Shown one piece after another: positions 36,601-50,399 of a stretch of DNA of 64,000 bases. Origin of the DNA: Takakia lepidozioides (taxonomy: Eukaryota > Plantae > Bryophyta); assembly GCA_030704615.1 (NCBI GenBank), contig CM060732.1:57784001-57848000 (forward strand), in the 5' to 3' direction. The number at the start of each line of letters is the position of its first letter. The first letter of the stretch is position 1. A program made the position numbers and the translations under genes. The notes beneath the pieces were generated by a model. It searched no databases. It was not told where the DNA came from and worked only from the letters and a program-made list of their open reading frames with translations.

Positions 36601-36857
36601 TGTCGCACCATCTGGAGGAGCAGCAAAAGGAAATTTCTCTTTGCCACCACAGTGAGAAGCTTGCAATTGCTTTTGGGCTGATCAGCACACCTCCTGGGTC
36701 GCCGATCCGTGTCATCAAGAACCTTCGTGTGTGTGATGACTGCCACACAGCCACCAAGTTTATCTCAAAGATTGTTGGACGAGCAGTTGTTGTACGGGAT
36801 GCCAACCGATTTCACCACTTTGAAGATGGTGCTTGTTCATGTGGGGATTACTGGTGA
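33603..36857 (+). CDS. PLS-class PPR-E-DYW RNA editing factor with N-terminal PDF-like motif; exons 33603-33767 and 33981-36857 (~1013 aa; start uncertain)
   Basis: Intact P-L-S array, E domain, PG box (KEPGSSCIEV), HSEKLA, KNLRVCDDCH and terminal CSCGDYW. A phase-0 GT-AG intron joins QWWDSRFDK to RSTRSPDFRH. Confidence 0.93.
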
Positions 36858-37149
36858 AACAAGCAACATGCAGGAAATAAAGCGCGGAGTTTGAAACTTT
36901 GGTAGAGAGGTGATAGTTGTGGTTATTTTTCAAGTAAAGGGTAAATGGAAAGAATCAATCTGTACAATTGAATGCAGGAGTCAGTATTGCACTTTCCATG
37001 ACCTGCCCACAGTAAATCGGAATACTGTCCTAGTGAAGTTCTGAACCAAGGCGATTCTGAGAGGATTTTTGTCTCTGCAGTCCAGAGTTTTGGGTCCCAC
37101 ATTACCAGTTTGGAACCCAGTTCCAACATTTCATGCAGTAACGCACTAT

Positions 37150-38540
37150 CCTTCACTGTTCCCTTGATGACAGTATAATCTTCTTGGATGGAGCATCCAG
37201 CAGATGGTAGCTGAGAGCGCCAGTGTAGGTAGGATCACTGGTGACTTCGATCAGAGTGTCAGTTTTTGCTGACTTGGCAATACAGTTAGGAAAGACGGCA
37301 TGCGCAGAGTGCACAGCCCAACACCACCTTGAAGCTCTCCAAGCAGCGTAGCCTCGGCGATCCTTTTTGAGCTCACTGTATGTGCTGCCACGGCTGCTCC
37401 ACTCTAACTCCTGAACCCAAATCTTTAGAGTTTTTCTCAGCAGGCATAAAGAAGTAAACTGAGGCACCAGGGGAAGAAGTTCGTGCATACTTGAGAACCA
37501 GAGAGCAGCAGCTGCAAGCAATTCTACCTATGAACCTCCTGCAGCATTCGACGAAAGGCCGCTGAGAGACAAACAGGAAATCAAAATGATGAACCCACCA
37601 CCATTGCGTCTTCGTCAAGTGCGCAGGCAGTTGTTCGCTCACACCAGCAGCACACAAACACTCCTTTTTAAAGCCCCTATAGTGAGCGATCGAGAACCTA
37701 AGGTATTCTACTCAATCGAGCGGTCGGGAAAAAGCTGTGGGTGACTAGCCGCTCTTCCAGTCCTGATGTTCATGTACTGTTAAGGTGCGCAGATGAGCAC
37801 TCTCGATCACTTCTCAATGAGGTCCTCACTTCCAACTGCACTCGGCTTGGTCCAAGCCAGCAGAAGGATTCTAGGTGGAACTCGGTATGCCTTGTTTTGT
37901 TGCTCTCTTCTTGCTTCCCGCTGCTTCTTTTGTGACAGACGCAGGGATTGCAGTGAACTCCCCCGGTCCAAAGACCATGTCTTCATCTTGCGGTAAACGT
38001 GCGAGAAGCCTCACATCTTGCAGCAGATTAATGGGTCAGGCTGTGGAGCCGAAATTATCGAGCTTGGCAAGCCCGGGTGTCAGACCAGCGCAAGGAATGG
38101 TTATGAATCCTGCCAAGCCTCCAGGGATAGCGGAAAAAGGTAACACACGTAAATCTCTTGCGCGCGGGGCTAGAGCCCTTTGGAAGGAATACACACCAAT
38201 TTTTCCTTGTGTTGAGAGCATGTCAAATAGGCTACAGAAATCCCAGGCAAGTTTCACGAGGTGTAAGCATGTAATACCTGGCAATTGCAGATGTACTCCT
38301 GACCCTTCCTGCGGAGATTTGCTGTGATGAATCCGTAATTCCCTTGGTATACCATTATGGAGTCAGTTGTGGGGTTTCTACTCACCTTGTATGAATTCAG
38401 CCCACAAGCACCAAGGTGCTTTTGCAAACCAGGAGACACAGGGAATTAAGTACTGATGTAATGGTTGGAATAGACATCATCGTAGAAAACGTTGCTGATT
38501 TCAGCTCTGCTGCTCTGGTCACGTGTGTGATTGCTCTGAC
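37150..38540 (-). mobile_element. Decayed LINE-like repeat, same family as 32100-33500
   Basis: Minus-strand PGLAKLDNF...INLLQDVRL; boundaries approximate. Confidence 0.4.
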
Positions 38541-38598
38541 AGTCAGCTCCTTCCTGAGAAAAGGCAGGGCCAAGTGAAATGGGAGAGAGGTGAAGCTT

Positions 38599-41500
38599 AT
38601 GGAGAGCCTATGTGAGACTTCCTTTATAAGACTTGGGTCAATTTGGAACTGCTAAAAGTTTCACGTTTCAGCAGTAAGACTCCTAGTAGAAACTGGTGGG
38701 ATTGGAAGCTTTCAAGTTCTCATGGTCTTGCAGTCACTACAGGTCAAGTAAAGACTAAAGAACAACTCTGGCAGCTTCGCAATTATGGGATAACTGGTTT
38801 GATAAGGTGAGGCTATCCTCGTTTAAGACATGAGGACGGGTTGTAAGTGAAACCGACATGATGGTGCTTTGTGGACTGGATTGCATCTTCAGTCATTGAG
38901 TCAATGAAAAGTTTTCTTTTCAAGGCAAAAGAGCAGCAAAAGTGGTCCTTACTGTCGGTTGTTCAAGGTTGTTCTCAGTGGAAGATGCTTGGAGTTCTGG
39001 TGGCTGTACCCTGGTCTATGCAAGACGGGTCTAAGCTATGGCTGCTCAGCTGCACACATGGGGTTTTCACAAAAAAGTCCAAGATCACCAGACTTCAGAC
39101 ACAAGCACGATCAAGGGTTGGTCAAACCCTCCCTGGGTGAAATCAGTCGTGATACATCGTCGAGCACGATCTGGTGATGGAGTCAACGAGAACTCTTCTT
39201 GCACTGCTGGGGATGTGAGGAGACTATGTAAGACAGGACAACTGAAAGGGGCACTCAATATTTTGAAGAGACAAAGCATTGTGGCAGACACAGATACTTA
39301 CGTCTGTCTCCTACAGGAGTGCACCAAAATTAAAAACCTTGAATTGGGTAAGCAGGTTCATGCCCACATCATCCAAAGTGGATTCAATCCAAACAACTTT
39401 GTACTCAACACCCTTGTCAATATGTATGCCAAGTGTGGGAGTGTGGTGGATGCCCGGCTAGTGTTTGACAACATGCCTGAACGAAATGTGTTTACGCGTA
39501 CTATTATGATGACGGGATATGTGAAGTATGGGTTTGGTAGAGAGGCCTTGGAGATCTATCAGCAAATGATACGGGAAGGGGTGATACCTAACAGCATCAC
39601 ATTCATATGCGTTCTCAAGGCATGTGCCAGCCTAGGAGCCCTGGAAATGGGTAAAGAGGTCCACGCTAACATCATCAAAGCTGGAATTGCACCAGATACC
39701 ATTTTGGAGACTGCCCTTGCTGCCATGTATACCAAGTGTGGGAACATGAATGATGCTCGACGAGTGTTTGACAATATGGGTCAACGAGATGTGGTCTCAT
39801 GGAACATGATGATTGCAGGATATGGTCAGCACGGGTGTGGTTGTGAGGCTCTCAATGTTTATGAGCAAATGATTCAACAAGGAGTGATGCCTGACAAGGT
39901 CACGTTCATTTCTGTTCTCAATGCATGTGCAAGCCTAGGGGGCCTAGAAAATGGAGCCCTGGAAGCAGGCAGAAAGGTCCACGCCAACACAATTGAAGCT
40001 AAGATTGCACCAGATATCATCTTGGAGACTGCCCTTGTTGACATGTATGCCAAATGTGGTAGCTTGAAGGATGCGCAGCAAGTGTTCCACAAAATGGCTC
40101 AACGAAATGTGGTCTCATGGAATGTGCTGATCACAGGTTTTGCTCTGCAGGGGTATGGTAGGGAGGCTTTCAAGGTTTATGAGCAAATGCTTCAAGATGG
40201 GGTGAAGCCTGACAAGGTCACATTCATTTGTGTTCTCAATGTGTGTGCCAGCCTGGCAGCCCTAGAAAAGGGTAAAGAGTTCCATGCTCGGATCATGGAC
40301 TCTGGAATCCTGCCAGATATTATTCTGGAGACTGTCCTTGTTAACATGTATGCCAAATGCGGGAGCATAAGGGATGCACGTCAGATCTTCAACAGTATGG
40401 TTGACAAAGATGTGGTCGCATGGAGTGCAATGATCGCAGGATATGCTCAGCATGGGTATAGTATGGACGCTTTGGAGATGTATGACGAAATGGTACAGGA
40501 GGGGTTAAAGCCCAACAAGGTCACGTTCATTTCTGTTCTCAATGCGTGTGCCAACATGGCAGCGCTGGAAAAGGGCAAAGAGTTTCATGCTACCATCATC
40601 AAAGCTGGATTTGCAGCAGATATCATTCTGCAGAATACCCTTATTAACATGTATGCCAAATGCGGGAGCATAAATGATGCACGTCATCTGTTCAATAACA
40701 TGGCTGAAAAAAATTTGGTGTCATGGGCAGCCATGATCGCAGGATATGCTCAGCATGGGTATGCTGGGAAGGCTTTTGAGATATATCAGCAAATGGTTCG
40801 AGAAGGGTTTATGCCTGACAAAGTCACATTCATTTCCGTTCTCAGTGCATGTGCTAGCCTAGCCCTGGAAAAGGGTCAAGAGGTCCATGCTCACATTGTT
40901 AACTCTGGAATTGTGTCAGATGTCAGTCTGGAGACAGCCCTTGTTAACATGTATGCCAAATGCGGGAGCATGAAGGATGCACTTGTAGTGTTCAACAACA
41001 TGGCTGAAAAAGATGTGGTCTCGTGGAGTGCAATGATTGCAGGATATGCTCAGCATGGGTGCGGTAAGGAGGCTTTTGAAATGTATGAGCAAATGATACA
41101 GGAAGGGGTGAAGCCCAACAAGGTCACATCCATTTCCGCGCTGAATGCCTGTGCCAGCCTGGCAGTCTTGGAAAAGGGCAAAGAGGTCCACAGTGACATC
41201 ATCAAAGCGGGGATTGCTCTAGATATCATTGTTCAGAATACCCTTGTTGACATGTATTCTAAATGCGGCAGCATAAATGATGCACAACAAATGTTTGCAG
41301 ATATGGCTAAAAGAGATGTTGTCTCATGGAATGCAGTGATCGCAGGATGTGCTCAGAATGGGGGTGGTAAGAAGGCCTTGAAATTATTTGAACAGATGCA
41401 ACAGGAAGGCTTGAAACCAAATGGTATTACCTTTATATGCCTTCTCTCTGCGTGTAGCAATGTGGGCCTAGTGGATGAAGGCTGTCACTACTTTGATTCC

Positions 41501-41870
41501 ATGAGTCGAGATCATGGCCTTACTCCTTCAGTGGAGCATTATGGCTGCATGGTGAACCTTCTTGGCCGTGCAGGTCAATTGAACGAGGCAGAGGAGTTGA
41601 TCAACAAAATGCCAATCCAACCAGGCGCTACCGTGTGGAGGGCCTTGCTTGGTGCATGCAGAACTCATGGCAATGTGGAGATTGGAGAACGTGCGGCAAA
41701 CCACCTTCTCTAGTGGGATCCACAGGACACAGCAACTGATCATGTATTGCTATCAAATTTCTGAGGTGAAAAAACTTGAAAATTCATGCTCTGCCAAACA
41801 GATTGTCTGGGCAGATGAACAAGGCTCATTCAAGACCGGGGTCTGTTGTGGGGATCATTACCGGAATTCT
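38599..41870 (+). pseudogene. PLS-class PPR gene 3: 891-codon ORF truncated in the E region, DYW deleted, exon 1/PDF motif disrupted
   Basis: PLS repeats 39038-41713. Stop at NHLL*WDPQD, where paralogs read LLKWHP/LLKLDP. Remnant aattcatgct..cagattgtctgggcagatga. Acceptor changed CAG>CAA at ~39070-39072. Confidence 0.88.
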
Positions 41871-44800
41871 TCCCCAAAAAAAAACAAAAAAAAAACAAAT
41901 CCTTCACGAGTTTTTGACCGATGGGTGTCACAACGTTAGCCAACCGGATGATGCCACGCACAAAGCGTAAATAATAACCCGCAGTAATGACACTGGGTCT
42001 GGGCCAATAGGAGTGCAGGAGAGTCGGCCACTTTATCACTTTTTGTCACTTTGTTGAGCACACTAGAGTCAGACCCTCGGACACTGTTATCTGCTCGCCT
42101 GGATAATGTGTCATTATCATGGATGAATGTCATCCGTCTGTCGTCCAGAACACTACACGTCTAAAACGTGGCTAAATTCTAGCTAACGGAAATAACAAAT
42201 AACGAAATGTTTTCTCCTGGGTCTCATATTGATGAGCAACACGGTGATGTCGGGTATATTCACAGAACATGAAAAAGTGGGGCCATTCTGAACGCTAGCA
42301 TTGGGCCACTCGGAATGGAACATGGAACCTCGCAGGTGGGGGTTGCGTTGCGATCCCACATTCTTATTCCCATCCTGCATGGGAAATATGCGCAAACGTT
42401 ATGGGATTTATGTCCCTGACTCGATTTGTGCGCACTGGACCCACACCTGCACCCCTATATTCTAATATTCCAACCGTCCAATGGGCGCAGGTCTTGGATC
42501 CCATTGGTTGCAAAGCTCCGTATATCCCAGTCGTAAGGGCCCCTTCCGTCGAGCCTGATTGGCACGGGATCCGACCACATTAATGTTGCACAAATTCATT
42601 ATTATTCCAACAAAGTAGCAGGAATTGAACCCAGAATCAGTCAGTGCTGAGCTACTCACTTTGCAGTACAAAATCTAGTAGGCAAGAGCTAGGCTTTAGC
42701 CTTTTCCATTAAAAAACTGAATCATTAATGGAAGACGGTACATATACCTATATATTTCTTATTTTATTTTATTTCAAAGGGGAGGGTACAGAAAAGGGAC
42801 CCTCCAACAAAATATCTGGGCTCCATTTGTCGCATACCGATTCGCCCGCATACGTTGGTTAGGGTCTGCACCGTAACGGGTGTCATATCCACATGGATGA
42901 AGTCCATGATGATGGATGAATGACGGTCCTGTTGGACCCTCAATAATTCGGCCCAAATTGGTACTGTAGTATGTACCATACTAACAATGATAGTAATAAT
43001 AATAATAATAATAATCTGAGTTGGCATGAAAGACCATTGTTGGTACACGTACTCCAATGATTAGTGGATGAATGTCAATGCCAGATTTGACCGGATTTTA
43101 TAGTAAGTTTGAGTATGACTATAAGTATGATGGGTTAGTAGGGTCCAATAGGGTGACAGGAAAATGAACAAGTGGAGCAGAGCGAGGTTTGAGCGGAATA
43201 TCCCGGCAGGGCACGGGGAAAGTTTTGAGCCGTGGCTTATGAGAGGACCGGGAGCTTTCCGGAGTCTGCCCAAGTTGGGGCCCAGGCGTTTGCTGAAATA
43301 TCAGCCATCAACCATCTTGGACGTGGCCACATGCAGATTTGACACGTGTCACACGGGATGTGAACTGAGGCTGCTTAAAATTTACCAGCCTGAAACGTAA
43401 AGTGGTGCATGTTAGAGGGAAAACTACAGTCGGCCCTCCATACCTGTTAATCTTTGGGAGTAAGAAAAACTGCAACACTTGAAGGATTGTAACTCACTTT
43501 AACAGATACAGATTTAGGATCAATAAAAAGTAACATTTATTGAGCCCTAAAAAATGTTCATGACTGAGAGAAGGGAAAAATCGGCATCACGGCGGCTGAT
43601 GATCTACAGGCTTGGAAGAAAGATTCTATACATGTCTGATGTGAATGTGACATTCTCATTATCTCTACACCCTTTGCAAATTTCTCTAACTTGTCTAACA
43701 AGGGCAGGACATCTGTTGACCTCAGCTGCAAGAAATTATGCAATGTTTTCAAGAGCAACCTGCGCATCTGCAAAACTAGACCAAGACTGCAACGAAGAGT
43801 ATTATAAAGTCTACAACTGCACTTCGGGTGTAAAACAAGTCTCAATCTACTGCAATCTATGCAAGTACAATTCTTGCAAACATGTGTATGAAACAAAGAG
43901 TCCCTCATAGCGTATTCTTCAGAGCAATTCATGTTGTCTTCTTGAAAGGAGAAAGACCTTGCCTTATGAAAACAGTGGAAGCCCAATTCACTCCCTACCA
44001 TTAAGCTCCTTCACTTAATGGTTGTCACTTGAGCTCCCTACTATTAAGCTGCTTCACTTAATAGTTTCCTCCTTTCACTTAATGTTTGTTCGCTAGGGTC
44101 TCTATTATTAAGCTCCTTTATATATGCCCACTTGAGTTGATTAGATACTTAACTTGAGTGAATGAAGAGCACTTTAACACATACACATGGTCATTATTCA
44201 AAGAGGGGAGTAACAAGTGTTTAACAATTAAACACATAATGCTTGCTTAGTTCACCAAAGTTGGGAGTATGATAATTATGCTAACACATATAGTTTTATC
44301 GCTTATGGAGGTAAGAGAGATGGTAGCCCTAGAAAGCTACTTGGTATGACTTAATTTCCTTGGGTTAAGTGGGCCTAATGTGGGTTGAATTGCATATGAG
44401 ATCTTACCAATTTTGTACTATGGAACAGTCCAGGCCTCGCCAAGATTTCAGGCCGGGCAGAGAGTGGGGCAGAATGGCCCACGCCCTGACCGTTCCCTCA
44501 CGTCATTCTAGTTTAGGGAAACTGCCCGAAAAGTGGAGCACTCGAGCATTCTACGACCCACTCGAGCGTTCTGCTGCCCGCTGGAACATTCTGCCAGCTA
44601 GGGCAGGCAAACATGGCAGAACAACCACCTCCTCAAGTAGGCAGGGCAGGAAAATTTGGAACGGGCTGTACAACAGGTTAAATTGGTACCCTTGGTCAGT
44701 CCTCAAATCCAGGAAAGTCCGCGGGTACGAATTCTACCTTTCACGTGATTGGCTCCTTATCGGATACGGATGGGGTAACTGAGTCACCCTTTATGCAACT

Positions 44801-45404
44801 TGTCGTCGTGATGAATGAAGCTTCCAATAATGGATGGGAATGTATGCAATGGACAGAGAAATGAGTTCTGTGACTCATACATGATAAATTTGGGGCCTTG
44901 TTTTTTTTTTTTTTTTTTTCCTATGTATCCTTTCCTGAAACAATAATTATAAGAAAATTCCCTGGTCTGTTAAAATTAAAAAACAAAAAATCCAGTCCAG
45001 GGTTCAAACTTCAGATCCCCTTAATGTGTCACTGATCTCAAGACTGTCAGGCGTAGTGAGGTTGGTAGGCTCTGCTAAAAGGGGAGAGAGGGTGGTGGCA
45101 GGGCAAACAGTCTGGGATAATATTTGCTTAACGCAAAAGTTTCTGCCAGCATACTAAAGGTCCACTCTTTTCTTTTCTTTTTTTTGTTTTTCCTTTTTTT
45201 AAAGGGAAAAACACCTGGGAGTAAGTCCACTCACATTCACTAGTAGTGGGCGGCCATAGGGATATGGAAATTTTCCCCAATAAATTAATAAATTTTAGGA
45301 TCAGGTATGGCTACACTTTGCCACCCTTTCGAAAAGGGACATGACAGGTGGCCTGGAAAAGGTCAAAAAGTCACTGTAGTTTGTCGCAGGCTAGGCAGGT
45401 CGTA

Positions 45405-45490
45405 ACCAGCGAGAGCCAATCACATCGAGGACAGACGGATGACGTGGCGATCGCTTTTTGGATAGTGATTCCCGCAGCTGCCAATCAGGG
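45405..45490 (+). promoter_or_regulatory. CCAAT boxes and a TGACGTGGC G/C-box upstream of the COL gene
   Basis: GCCAATCA at ~45415 and ~45480; TGACGTGGC at 45440-45448. Confidence 0.4.
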
Positions 45491-46667
45491 CCGCGCCCCG
45501 GATCGCCACATCCTGGATGTACGTATTCCACCAACCCGCCAGTTAGCTTCGGCTAATACATACTTCGTATACGATACAATGTAACTTAATGTAATAAAGT
45601 CAATAATAATTCCCGACTAATGGGAAGCGAGAACGAGGTGCTATCTCGCTGTGTCCCTTACATGTGTCAGAATTTCATTTGGTGAAATTAGGGGACGTGG
45701 ATCAGGATGTGGATCGGCGATGGGATTGGGGGCATGCAGTGGAGCCGGGAAGGGAGGGAGTTTGTGGGGTCCTCAGAGAGAGGGCCCAGAGCAGCAATGG
45801 CAGGAGAGAATGCCATGTCGCTGCCTCACGCTGTATGACCTTTGCAACTCTCTGCAGTGCGGTAAGTGTGAAGTTGAGGAAGCTGGGCTCCATAGCTGCG
45901 AAAATGCAGGGACTTGATAGCTTTGGCGGTGGGGTGTGGAGCTTTCCACTCACTCGCTCTTTGTTTCCGTTCTTCGCATTTCCCTATCTCTCTACTGAGT
46001 TTTCGGTTGCGGTCCAGTTGAATGGATGCCATAGCTTTGTTGGCTCCTGAAAGTAGATTCTTTGTGGTATTCTCGTGCTTCAGTTTTTAGCACGTGTTCA
46101 ACTCGTGCTGTCTTGTGTTCTGTTGGCACTCTTCCCTATGTCGTAGATGCCTTGTTTCTGTTGTGTTTGATGTTCTCCTCTCCTATGTTGGGAAGCTTGT
46201 CCAGTAGCTTACCAACAGATTCATGCCCAAGACAAGCCTTTTCAAAACTGTCTTTTTTTCATGCCTATTCTCGTCTCCTGGAGACCCAACATATTACACT
46301 ACTTCTCATACAAGGGACTTCACCTCACTACTCCATGTTACATTCTCGTTGTCGCGAATTTAATTTGCAGCAGAGAAAGATCTGACTTGCTGTTATGACT
46401 CAAATCTTCTCGACTTGAACTGCCTGAGAGTTCTGAAAAGTGTGCGTAGTGGGATGAGGAGAGCGTCGCAGCTACAGTCATGGCGATTGCAGGATGGGGT
46501 CATGTGTTCTGGTGTTGACAGGGACAAATGTTGTGGAGCTTGTTCTTCTCAATTCTGTGTGGGAGAGAGAATTGAACTGGAACTGTAACTGGAATTGTTG
46601 CAGCAGATGCGTTTAGGCCTCAAAACATAATTCAACGGGTTGTTGGGCTTTCTGAGATAAGAGAGAG

Positions 46668-49090
46668 ATGGCAGCCGCGAGGAGTGGGAACAGCAGCGTC
46701 GCCACAGCTATGGCGATTGCAGGAAGGGCAGCGAGCGCTTGTGATGTCTGTGGTCGTCAGAGAGCCCGCTGGTACTGCGCAGCTGATGAAGCCTATCTCT
46801 GTCAGAGATGTGATGGGAATGTCCACGGAGCTAACGCTCTCGCTCTCCGCCATGAACGAGTTCGATTAGGTCCTAATGGAGTTCCAATGAAGATGCCTAA
46901 TCGCTCGACCTCGGATCTCTCAAGTCATCTTTCAACACGAAGCATGAAAGGCGACAGAGTCCCAGACATCGGCGAAAATCCAAACCAAACACAGAGTCCA
47001 AACAACATTCTGCCCTCTAGAAAGCGGTCTCGAACTAGCCGACCTCATCCCCATTTAAGAGGGTCTAACTCACACTTGAGGTGTGCTGGCGGGGGCAGTC
47101 GTCCCCCTCACAAAATCCACAGAAGCAATGAGCTTCATGCGAAAGTAAAGGTTGAGCCGCAACAGAAAGAGGGAAAGAATGATGAGGGAGCCCATGAGGT
47201 GCCTGCATTCATCACGGTGAGTCAAGATTCCCAAGACCCCAATGTTTCTGCAGGTCACGGTGCAGGATTCTATGAAGAACACTCCACATCCGAGCACTCG
47301 TTCTCTGAGTACTTCAAAAGTAAGGCAGCAGCAGCCCCTGATGATATCAGCGATGACTCGGACCAGTTCCTTGTCCCTGATCATTACCTGGATTCTGGAG
47401 TGGATTTTTGTGGTGAGATCGAGGGAACCCTGGGTTCTCTGATGGGAGAGGCAGGGAATTTCACAGGTACAGAGATTCCAGGCGTAGATGGGTTTGGCGA
47501 GGTTGGTTATTGTGGGAGCAAAGATTTGACCGCCGAAGACTATGGACTGACTTTCTCAGACATGGTGGCTGAGAGGGGGGGGACTTCGGATGCATTCGAG
47601 GGAGATGGCTCCGAGGCAGGAGATAGGGGAAGGGTAGAGAGTGAGGGAACCTTTCCCAGATTCTTTCCAGGGAGGGTGAAAACCGAAACGTCATTGTGGT
47701 CTGCAGAGAAGATCAAGAAGGAGGCACAGGATATGTTACGGTGCTCTCTTAAAGGTCTCAGTCAGGAAGATCTAAGGCAAGTCCCATCTTTAAGACTGAA
47801 CTACGAGGATGTTTTAAGCGCCTGGTCAGATCGAAGCCTGTGGACAGATGGAAAGCGGCCCCAAACTGTCCCTGATGACTCCAATTCAGACACAGTGGTA
47901 AGTGAAAAGGTTTGTCAGTAGAGTTTGTGTTGAGATACATTGGTGTTTCTCTTAACAGCTTGAGAGAGACAGACAGGCCGACCTAGTAGCCAGTCCATCT
48001 TACAGCTCAGCTTAGACTTGAATGATGGAATCTACCGTAGTTGTGAGGGATGATTTCACTACCAAATAAACATAAGTGAGAATCTGCACACTTGCGCATG
48101 CAGGTTCTCTTTGGGTTAATGGAACTGGGGCTAAGTAATATTCTTGAACAGATAGCTGACCCATTACATAGCTGTAAAACTATGTCAAGATGTCAGCAGA
48201 GATGTGGAGCTGTTATTAGCAGTGAATGCATGTGAATACTCTGATGATTGACTTCCAGCAGACTATAAAGTGTTCACCATTACTAAACATAGGTAGAAAA
48301 TCTTGTCAAACTGTTTTGGGATGCTATGAGAAAAGTGCTGGTAGGTCGAGTGTGTCAGGATGAACTCTAAATTTGAGACTTCTTTTGTTCTGTGCAGGGA
48401 GGCTGCATGGATATAGGTCTGGTTCCAGACATATACAGTGGAAATCTAGGGTGTAATGAAGGAGGGCAACTGTCAGTCACTACCACAGGTGATGAAGGTT
48501 TCAATCCTGGAGGGGGAAGGGAGGCTCGCGTGTTGCGGTACAAGGAAAAGCGGCGCACACGCCTTTTCTCCAAGAAGATCCGGTATGAGGTGCGAAAGCT
48601 CAATGCAGAGCGGCGGCCACGCATGAAGGTCAGTTATCTAGTCCTTCCAGAAACAGAGAGAGCTGGGACCATGATTGTGCTGAAGTACCAGGTCCCTGAC
48701 CTTGTCTCAAACTAAGATGTATCTGTTCTACCTTACTCTCTGTGCTGTCTCTGTGCTGATCAATGCATTTCGTGCTTCCAAACTATGTCCTCGTCTGCTT
48801 TGTTTCTCATCTGTTTCTCAACAAGAAAAGAATTGAGTGTGTGATTTGGAACTTATGAAACTTAAACTAACTATCTACTTTAGCTCCTTGATACTTTAGA
48901 AGCAGCATGGTTTTTACCAGAGTCTTATGACTCACTAGACTCCACTAGACTCGGACTCCACTAGACTCATGACCTCCTCCCTCATGTCCTCTATTGTGTC
49001 CTCTCTGGCACAGAGTGTATGTTGCCTGAGAGTGCATATGATGTGTCTCTGCAGGGCCGATTTGTGAAGAGGACAGCTGCTGCCTCATGA
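46668..49090 (+). CDS. CONSTANS-like B-box/CCT protein (group III, single B-box; COL16/BBX15-like), 498 aa, exons 46668-47897, 48398-48628, 49055-49090
   Basis: B-box [40 protein letters not shown]; [13 protein letters not shown]; [40 protein letters not shown]|GRFVKR; phase-0 GT-AG introns. Confidence 0.95.
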
Positions 49091-50399
49091 CATTCGACTT
49101 GGTCCCGTTCCTTTTTATTAGTCCTTAATGTCATTCTTGTAGCTCTTGTTATCTCCAGGTGGAGGAAACAAATGGAGAAGTTTCTATTTGGTTGGGAGAA
49201 ACGTTGGATTTCGATTTGGATTGTAGTGATTTTGAAACCAGATGTGTGTATCTAGAATCTTGGAAGGGTAGTGGAAACAACCACAGGCTAAAAAATTGTT
49301 AGTCAGCTGGGTGAGTTTCTGTAACATTAAGGCAGGGTACGGGAGTGCTTCCGGCTGGGTCGCACTGATGAAAGCAGCTGAACTAAGCAGCTGTGTGAGT
49401 GCTCAGGAAAGCTGTGCACTATACAAAACGCTCTTGGGATCTCAAAGTCTTGGGGGGTCGTCAAAATTTTTCCCGCCAATACATGGTGGTTAAGCAAGCT
49501 TTGGCCTCGCTGTCAGCATGGTTTTTTGTCACGGAGTCTCGTGATTCACTTACCTTGGTCTCTCTCCTGTGAGACACAATAAATTTCGTCATCAATTTGA
49601 AAGTGAATTTCTTGCATAAGTAAATTTCTTGCTGTTGTGGGGAGGAGTGGATCTCAAATGGATATGGCTGTGCTCCCTTCCGACACATATATTGGTGAGG
49701 AGTTTTCCTCCAGTTGTAGCTGGGATGCGCAGACACAAAATGTGGCTCAAACAACAAAATTCAAAGCTTGGTGTCTCACTCAACTTTTTCACTGAAGAGA
49801 CCTGGATTATTACTGAAGTTAAAAGGACCATGCTTAGATTGGTCTGCTTATCAACAATTAATGACAGTGGCCTCTTTTTGAGGAAAACAGGATTTCCTCA
49901 TGATCTCCTTGTTGTAATGCCGCAATACTATGCTTGTCATCTAGACTTAAGGTCTAATCTCCTTTTTCTCTCACGGTGGACATGGATAACAACTAGGTGA
50001 GGCCATAAACCTAGGGTCCTAGAGGGATCACTAACATATTGGTTTGTTGGTTGGCTGTGCTGGATCAAGTCACGGAATCACCTTTGCCTCTGATCTCGTG
50101 TCAATCTTTCTTTCACACCCTTTGAATGAGGGTTGGCTTTTCAACATAAATGTTTGGAAAACTCTTCAAAACCTATCAGTGGGCTAATGGCTTGACATGC
50201 TTTCAGACATTGATTGAAATTGTAAGATATGAGCAGGCAGTACCTAAGTTGGCATTTGCTGGAATGTAATCTGATCTCCGGAATGTCAAGAACCTCGCTA
50301 TCGCTGATGGGGCCTTGTCTAGGCAGATGATGTCTTTTAAAAGTACATAAGTGATACTGGATAGATTAGTCAGATCCTGTCTTGACATAACAGCAATCA

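Noticed and set aside
36600-36857. Possible U-to-C (DYW:KP-type) editing domain
   Set aside because: It has canonical HSEKLA, CDDCH and a DYW terminus, i.e. a standard C-to-U type.
27960-41750. Many short antisense/alternate-frame ORFs over the PPR genes
   Set aside because: Shadow ORFs caused by PPR repeat periodicity.
41860-44800. Possible MITE/Helitron/LTR pieces and a Cys-containing ORF (43554-43910)
   Set aside because: No convincing TIRs, TSDs or protein motifs could be established by eye.
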